From Promethearchaeati archaeon SRVP18_Atabeyarchaeia-1 (GTDB lineage Archaea > Asgardarchaeota > Atabeyarchaeia > Atabeyarchaeales > Atabeyarchaeaceae), in assembly GCA_037308085.1 (NCBI GenBank), contig CP147779.1, forward strand, positions 2,624,001 to 2,688,000: a stretch of DNA of 64,000 nt, given 5' to 3'. The position numbers were made by a program, and so were the translations under genes. Positions 58,098-64,000 of the stretch are shown piece by piece. Below the pieces are notes generated by a model, which was given only the letters and a program-made list of their open reading frames with translations, ran no database searches and was not told where the DNA came from. Positions within the stretch are counted from its first letter, which is position 1; every line of letters begins with the position of its first letter.

Positions 58098-60854
58098 TCA
58101 CTTCTTGAATACTCGAGCGATGAACTTGCGCACTTCCTCAGCTACAATAACGCCGGCGGTGACCAAGAGAAGGTACCCCCAATCTAGAGGGGCAAGAGCA
58201 GTTGTGCTAAAGATGGGCTGTAGCCACGGCAAATATACGATAGCGACTAGGATCCCAACTTGCGTGGCGATTCCTGCTGGGATCCACTTATTGCGCGAAA
58301 ATCCAACACGAAAAGCTGAAACCCTATTGGTGCGACATGAAAGGACATTCGCTACCTGCCCTAGCACTATGCCCGCAAGCGTCATCGTTGTTCCTTTTAT
58401 GTAGGCAAGATTCGATGGGTCTAGCATGGTTCCCCACTGCCACCCACCAGCGCGCCAGGTAGTCAGACACCCATACATCGCCCCCGCAGAAATGACTAGT
58501 CCTACATAGAGAGACCGGAACATGACTTTAGTGTCAAATAGGTGCTGTTTAACGCTCCGCGGTGGGTTATTCATGATTCCAGGTTCGGGGGGTTCCCGAC
58601 TGATTGCGAGGGACGGGAGAACATCGATGAATAGGTCAATCGCCAATACCTGCATTACAAGCAACGGCAACGGAATACCAAGGAATGTGTATAGAAAGTA
58701 GGGGATAAGTTCCGCCCAGTTATGGGAGAAGACGTATATTATGAAGCGCCGGATGTTGTCGTAAATCGCTCGTCCAGACTCAACAGCTTTCACAATGGAC
58801 GCGAAGCTGTCGTCCATGAGCACCAGATCCGCGCTCTCATGGGCGATATCCGTTGCAGACGCGCCCATTGCGACTCCAATATTCGCTTCCTTAAGCGAAG
58901 GTGCGTCGTTCGCACCATCGCCAGTAACTGCTACAATTTCCCCTGCATCTTTGAGTGACTTGACTATCCGGAATTTCTGATTCGGAGTGACTCGAGCAAA
59001 AATGGAATTGCCGTTGCGAACTTGCTCCACTATCTCTCGATCACCGAGCTTGTCCAAGTCTTCACCGCGGAGCATGCGATTGTCTCCTGGCTCTATGATA
59101 CCCACTTCGGTTGCGACGGCTTCTGTCGTGAAGCCAGAGTCTCCCGTTATGACAATAACCTTGATGCCTGCCTGCTTCGCTGTTCGAACCGCAGCTTTTA
59201 CTTCGTAGCGTGGTGGATCATACATTCCAATTAGTCCTAAGAAGACCAAGTCATGTTCCAAGTCTTCCTCTTCGGAGACGGTGGGAGGTTGCAGCTCTCT
59301 CTGGGCGCAAGCGATAATTCGCAGCCCGCTTCGTGCCAGATCCTTGTAGATGTTCTCTATGTAAGAGAGATACTCTGGAGTGATATTTTCCACGCTCCCA
59401 TTCCCGTTAACTACCTTCGTGCACGCGGGAATGACGTTGAAAGGCGCACCTTTAACGCACACAAGTAGCCTGTCCTTGAATCTATGGACAGTTGTTTCAC
59501 GCTTCCGCTCAGCATCAAATGGAACGATGTGGACAATGGGTTTTGGGTCACGTGTGGCCTTGACATCAAGCCCGAATTTCACCGCAGCAATTAGAAGCGC
59601 ACCATCCAGAGCGTCTCCAACAATGGTCCAGCTTCTCTCAGGTTTTGATTTTGGAGGGGGTTCCACCTTCGCCAAGTTGCAGAGTGCAGCCGTTTCAACA
59701 AGCTTATCTAACGCCGGATATTCGCCAGGTTTGATGGTATTGCCCTCATGGGAGAATTCACCATCAGAATGATAACCCAAGCCAGACACATCAAAGACGG
59801 TATTCCCCGCAAACAGCTTCCTGACTGTCATCTCTCCCTTTGTTATGGTTCCCGTCTTATCCATGCAGATAGCTGTGACGCTGCCCAGAGTCTGGACCGC
59901 AGACAGCCTCTTGACCAGCACGTTGCGCCGGGTCATTTCCACCATGTTGATTGCCAGGGCGGAAGATACGGTTAGCTGCAGTCCTTCGGGGACAAGTGAG
60001 ACCATTACCCCGATCATGAAGAGGATACCTGTATAGAGTTGGAGCTGCAACCATACCAGCCCAATGACAAGAAAGGCTATCCCAACAAATATGCCAAGGA
60101 AGAAATCCCATTTGGCAGTCGCAGCGATCTCCTTTTCCAATGGACTTGGGGGATCCTTGATTTTCAGGGTCATCCCTGCGATTTCACCGAACTTGGTGCT
60201 TGCCCCGGTTGCAAAGACGACTGCCTTTCCGTGACCACGCACGATACCTGTGCTCATGAAGACCAGATTCGGCGCATCAAGGTATGAGATGTTCTGGTCG
60301 TCCGCTGCGCTGGCGGTACGAGGTTGCGGCTCGGCTTCCCCCGTAAGAGGGATATTGTTTACCCATATGTCGTGGGATTCCAAGAGGCGGGCGTCGGCAG
60401 GAACCCGGTCTCCCTGATCAAGCGATATCACGTCGCCGGGCACCAAATCCCGCGCCGATATTTTCTGGAGGCGTCCATCGCGGAGTGCTTTCGCTGATTC
60501 GGGTACCCAGTTCTTCAGTGCATCCATCGCCTTTTCCGCCCGTACCTCCTGCAAGACGCTAACATAGGAGTTCACTATGACGATTGCTAGTATCACTGCA
60601 CCGACTACCGGTGCCCCACTAATGAATGACAGAGCACTTGCAGCTAGTAGTAGAACGCTGAACCCGTCTCTCAGATAAGAGAAGAATCGCGCAAAGGAAA
60701 TGTGAGTTACCTGCTGTGGGATCTCATTCGGTCCATGTTCAGCCAAGCGCCTGCAAGCTTCCCCTGATGCAAGACCTTCTATCGAGGTACCTAACGAGGC
60801 TAATACCTCTTCTGAGGGAGGGGTGATGTATGGCTTCACAGGTCTCACACTCAC
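58098..60854 (-). CDS. Cation-transporting P-type ATPase (type II, IIC-like)
   Basis: LTGEA, VPEGL, DKTGT, KGAP, DPPR, ITGD, TGDGANDAP. Confidence 0.95.
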   Translation of the reverse strand: MSVRPVKPYITPPSEEVLASLGTSIEGLASGEACRRLAEHGPNEIPQQVTHISFARFFSYLRDGFSVLLLAASALSFISGAPVVGAVILAIVIVNSYVSVLQEVRAEKAMDALKNWVPESAKALRDGRLQKISARDLVPGDVISLDQGDRVPADARLLESHDIWVNNIPLTGEAEPQPRTASAADDQNISYLDAPNLVFMSTGIVRGHGKAVVFATGASTKFGEIAGMTLKIKDPPSPLEKEIAATAKWDFFLGIFVGIAFLVIGLVWLQLQLYTGILFMIGVMVSLVPEGLQLTVSSALAINMVEMTRRNVLVKRLSAVQTLGSVTAICMDKTGTITKGEMTVRKLFAGNTVFDVSGLGYHSDGEFSHEGNTIKPGEYPALDKLVETAALCNLAKVEPPPKSKPERSWTIVGDALDGALLIAAVKFGLDVKATRDPKPIVHIVPFDAERKRETTVHRFKDRLLVCVKGAPFNVIPACTKVVNGNGSVENITPEYLSYIENIYKDLARSGLRIIACAQRELQPPTVSEEEDLEHDLVFLGLIGMYDPPRYEVKAAVRTAKQAGIKVIVITGDSGFTTEAVATEVGIIEPGDNRMLRGEDLDKLGDREIVEQVRNGNSIFARVTPNQKFRIVKSLKDAGEIVAVTGDGANDAPSLKEANIGVAMGASATDIAHESADLVLMDDSFASIVKAVESGRAIYDNIRRFIIYVFSHNWAELIPYFLYTFLGIPLPLLVMQVLAIDLFIDVLPSLAISREPPEPGIMNNPPRSVKQHLFDTKVMFRSLYVGLVISAGAMYGCLTTWRAGGWQWGTMLDPSNLAYIKGTTMTLAGIVLGQVANVLSCRTNRVSAFRVGFSRNKWIPAGIATQVGILVAIVYLPWLQPIFSTTALAPLDWGYLLLVTAGVIVAEEVRKFIARVFKK

Positions 60855-61453
60855 AAATCGTAGTGCAGTCGGCCATGGCGGGAAGCCTTTGGATCCGACT
60901 CAATTCCAGGTCACTCTAGTGGACAGTCATCTGGGCGGAGAACTAGCGGATTCAGTCCTGAATAACAGGATATTATTCCCATCTAGAAGACCTCGGAGCT
61001 TCAGTGATTCAAGACGATATATATCTTTCCCCAGCAGGGGTTCCAAGGCAGCTGGGCTTCGGATCTATTTGTTACTGGAAGCCGCGATTGCCAACAGACT
61101 GCCGAGTTGGATAAGGATAGAAAGGAAGTTGAGGAACTTGCTAGCCTATAAACACGAGGCCGCGTACGACGGTTTCTTCGCGCGCTCGTTGTGGGTCCTT
61201 ATCCTCTCGTAGTTCGCGACGTTCCCTAGAACGGCCGACTGCTTTGAGTGCCTGCATACCCAATCTAAGCTTCCTTTCACATAGAAACGCACCATATGAA
61301 AGCACGTCAACCGTAGAGGTAACAGAACGTTTTCAGTCAAGTATTTAAGGAATCGTCGGAACCCATCTCTATGGGGCGCGGGCTAGCACTCTGCGTTTCG
61401 TCAAGCTCATCAGAGAACAATGAGTTCAGCGACGCGAGGAAGGGAGCAAAGAT

Positions 61454-62584
61454 ATGGTCGTCTACAAGAAGCGCCACACGATTTTGAGGCTCAGATTGGC
61501 TGTAGCTGCGAGCAGATACCACTTGCTCGTGGTCGTTATCTTCTTCTTCCTCGGATTCCTGTACTTCTATCTTTCCCACCCAGACTGGTCGCCTTCTCTC
61601 TGGACTGATGCAACGCTACTCACTTTCAATGATACGATCATGATGGATCGTCTTGCTTCTGTGTACTATATTATTGGCACTGCGGTAATCTTCCAAGGGG
61701 TTCTAGCAGTTGTCCTGAATCGGATGCAGCAAGCCTCCAATCCTGAGAGATTGGCTGAGATCCTTGCTCATAGGGCAGTCGATCACGCCATCATCATCGG
61801 ATACGGACACCTTGGAGAGCGGATCTTTGAGTGGTTTGCTAAGGAGGGGCGCAGTGTCGTCGTTGTCGAGAAGGATTCCACAAAAGTGCTGGAACTAATC
61901 CATCAAGCCGTCCCAGTCGTGGTTGCTGATGCTTCTGCTGAAGGTGTTCTTGAGGAGACCAACGTAAAACATGCCCACGATGTTGTGCAGACTTTCAACG
62001 ATGTTCGGACCGCCCTAATCCTGGCTCACCGAGTCCACACCTTGAACCCCAACTGCGAGCTCCATGCTCGCTGCCACGACGACAAGGTTCAGAAGGTTCT
62101 CGAGAATCTTGGTGCAAAACCCTTTTCCACTGATTCCTGGATCGTGGACAAGCTTAGGGCGGAACTGCCGCGTTCAGACGCCAAGGTTGCCCTGGTAGGC
62201 TACAACGATATCGCCAAAAGGTTCATTTCGTGGTTCCAAGAGGTGCACCGCCCTTTCATCTTAGTTGAAAGGGATCCCGCTGTCGCGGATCTGGTGCGGG
62301 AGAGAGAGTTGCCAATTGCGAAGGGGTATGCTACTGATATTGATTTCCTTCGCGACCAAGGCATTGGGGAATGCGAAGTCGCATTAATCTGCATTGAATA
62401 CAAAGTCGAGGACATAATTACCATCGTGAGTAATCTGCTCAGCCTGAATCAAAAAAAGCCCATTCTGGTGTATGCCCGGGTTTTCGATGATGAGATTGCA
62501 CAGGTAATCGAGAGCATGGGAGGTCACACGTTTTCCTCCTCGCGATTTGCCTTCTCGAAGTTGATGCATGAAATCAGCGAATAG
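61454..62584 (+). CDS. Two-TM protein with tandem TrkA-N (RCK) domains, channel-like
   Basis: Two TMs, IIIGYGHLG and LVGYNDIA Rossmann motifs. Confidence 0.85.
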   Translation: MVVYKKRHTILRLRLAVAASRYHLLVVVIFFFLGFLYFYLSHPDWSPSLWTDATLLTFNDTIMMDRLASVYYIIGTAVIFQGVLAVVLNRMQQASNPERLAEILAHRAVDHAIIIGYGHLGERIFEWFAKEGRSVVVVEKDSTKVLELIHQAVPVVVADASAEGVLEETNVKHAHDVVQTFNDVRTALILAHRVHTLNPNCELHARCHDDKVQKVLENLGAKPFSTDSWIVDKLRAELPRSDAKVALVGYNDIAKRFISWFQEVHRPFILVERDPAVADLVRERELPIAKGYATDIDFLRDQGIGECEVALICIEYKVEDIITIVSNLLSLNQKKPILVYARVFDDEIAQVIESMGGHTFSSSRFAFSKLMHEISE

Positions 62585-62925
62585 GCATAGCCCCCTTGCA
62601 GGCTCTACCATCCTGGTTTCGGGGGTTGTTGAACAAGCTATTCGATGCCCCAAGGGAAAGCCGTTGTATTACAGTCCAAAAGAAGAAAGGAGTTTGGCGA
62701 TTCGGAGTTGTCCACCAGTCTTATGAGTTCTCCGCGGTCACGGAATTATGCCGTAGCCACCTGAGACTGGATCTCGAAATAGCTCGATCTGCGACGAGGG
62801 GAAGGTCAAGATCTACTCCTTGAGCATCTAACCTGTAACAAAGTGTTAAATCGGTCGCAATCTGATCTTGATGGCTGACTGACCAGAACGCGGCTTTGGA
62901 TCTGGACACGTTAGGCGACCTTAAA

Positions 62926-63966
62926 ATGCCACGACCGATTCTCTCCTTTGTTGCGCTCGTGTGCTTATTCTCCTTACCTTTCGCCCTGGTGATGGTCATC
63001 GGCTATGTCCCTTCACCAATCACGCCGAATGCAGATTTCTTCACAGTAGCCATTGATGGCACTCCAGTAGTTAACGTTTCCAGATGGACGCTTACAGTGG
63101 AGGGGCATGTTGATCATCCACTCACCTTCTCATACGCGAATTTTACGGCTCAACCAAACGCCACGGAGGTCGCGAGGTTGCAGTGTGTGGATGGACCTGC
63201 AGGTACGGCATCGTGGACTGGAATTCCCCTTAATGTTGTACTCGCGATGGCGGGCATCCAGCCAGGGGCAATGGACGTGGTCTTCGTTGGCGCCGATGGG
63301 TACACTTCCTCGCTGGCTTGGCCCACTCAAAATAGGTCCGATGTCCTCCTTGCCTTTGTGATGAACGGAGAACCACTACCTCCCGCCCAAGGATCACCTG
63401 TGCGCGTCGTGGCCCCAAATGAGTTGGGATATAAATGGGTCAAGTGGGTCTATCGGATTGTAGTGGTGAACTACGACTACAAGGGCTACTGGGAGAGTCG
63501 CGGGTGGAGTGACAATGCGTGGCTATCATCCCCTGATGACTGGCGCGTGCACGCAACTCTATTATCTCTCTCATTCCTATTTGGCGGCCTTGCAGCGATC
63601 TCTGGGGTGAAGCTGTCTCCTACCATGAATGCCTTCAGGGGTTTCCCTAGATTCATTTCGCGCAAGTTTCACGTCGCTGTATCCACTTTGTTCCTTGCCT
63701 CCGCGGTTACCTCCTTCACTTTCTGGGTTGGCGAGACCTTTCTTGCGAGGGGAGCGGTATTCTACACACTACACGGGATCATCGGCCTACTGAGCATCGG
63801 GTTGCTTGTAGTTGGAGCTCTAAAGGCGCTGCGAAACTTGCGGCGACCCCTTGCCACATCGTCGGGACATGGGAGAATTAGCCTTTATGGCTTCGCCTTC
63901 TATGCGTTAGCTATTCTTCTCGGATTCGCACTAACGATCGGCATTTCATTCCTGGGGCTTTCCTGA
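62926..63966 (+). CDS. Sulfite-oxidase-family molybdopterin oxidoreductase fused to a 4-TM His-containing membrane domain
   Basis: LQCVD (Moco Cys), WTGIPL, MNGEPL...G.PVRVV.P...GYKWVKW, GYWESRGW; C-terminal TMs each carry a His. Confidence 0.9.
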   Translation: MPRPILSFVALVCLFSLPFALVMVIGYVPSPITPNADFFTVAIDGTPVVNVSRWTLTVEGHVDHPLTFSYANFTAQPNATEVARLQCVDGPAGTASWTGIPLNVVLAMAGIQPGAMDVVFVGADGYTSSLAWPTQNRSDVLLAFVMNGEPLPPAQGSPVRVVAPNELGYKWVKWVYRIVVVNYDYKGYWESRGWSDNAWLSSPDDWRVHATLLSLSFLFGGLAAISGVKLSPTMNAFRGFPRFISRKFHVAVSTLFLASAVTSFTFWVGETFLARGAVFYTLHGIIGLLSIGLLVVGALKALRNLRRPLATSSGHGRISLYGFAFYALAILLGFALTIGISFLGLS

Positions 63967-64000
63967 ACTTCGCAGTCATGAAATCATGAAATACCCTAGC

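Noticed and set aside
61146-61340. Short minus-strand ORF between the P-type ATPase and the RCK protein
   Set aside because: No RBS or motif support; likely spurious.
141-63418. Numerous antisense or nested ORFs in the six-frame track (e.g. 10401-10940, 25882-26427, 42530-43150, 55877-56404)
   Set aside because: They are shadow frames of well-supported genes on the opposite strand.
1-64000. CRISPR array, cas genes, tRNA or rRNA genes
   Set aside because: No regularly spaced direct repeats, cloverleaf/T-loop signatures or rRNA-like tracts were seen by eye. A tRNAscan/Infernal run would be needed to exclude intron-containing tRNAs.

Overview
A 64-kb, gene-dense archaeal chromosomal segment. 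It has GGAGGTGA-type RBSs, BRE/TATA promoters, archaeal DTD2, LipS1/LipS2 and a KaiC-like ATPase next to a V4R protein. An Arf-family small GTPase, a roadblock/LC7 protein and a type IB topoisomerase occur together, which points to an Asgard archaeon (inference). Most genes are heterotrophic metabolism: 2-oxoacid dehydrogenase E1a/E1b/E2 with lipoate ligase and LipS1/S2, sugar kinases, hydantoinase/oxoprolinase A/B, GlcD/GlcF-like oxidoreductase, aminotransferases, PepT, TldD/PmbA and CoaBC. Transport genes include ECF S-component with DUF4430, two MFS, a Ni/Co transporter, a P-type ATPase and an RCK channel-like protein. Accessory DNA comprises a transposase-less TnpB element with an in-frame stop (42.1-43.8 kb) and a patch of gene fragments plus a bacterial-like DUF1801 gene (36.3-38.5 kb). 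The best leads are: (1) an Arf/Sar1/SRbeta-hybrid GTPase translationally coupled to a predicted longin-fold protein; (2) a small two-TM protein resembling eukaryotic DPM2; (3) a ~240-nt multi-stem intergenic RNA candidate at 19459-19699; (4) an HPrK/PEPCK-type P-loop protein sharing a palindromic control region with coaBC. No tRNA, rRNA or CRISPR array was recognised. All family calls come from motifs read by eye; no database searches were run.
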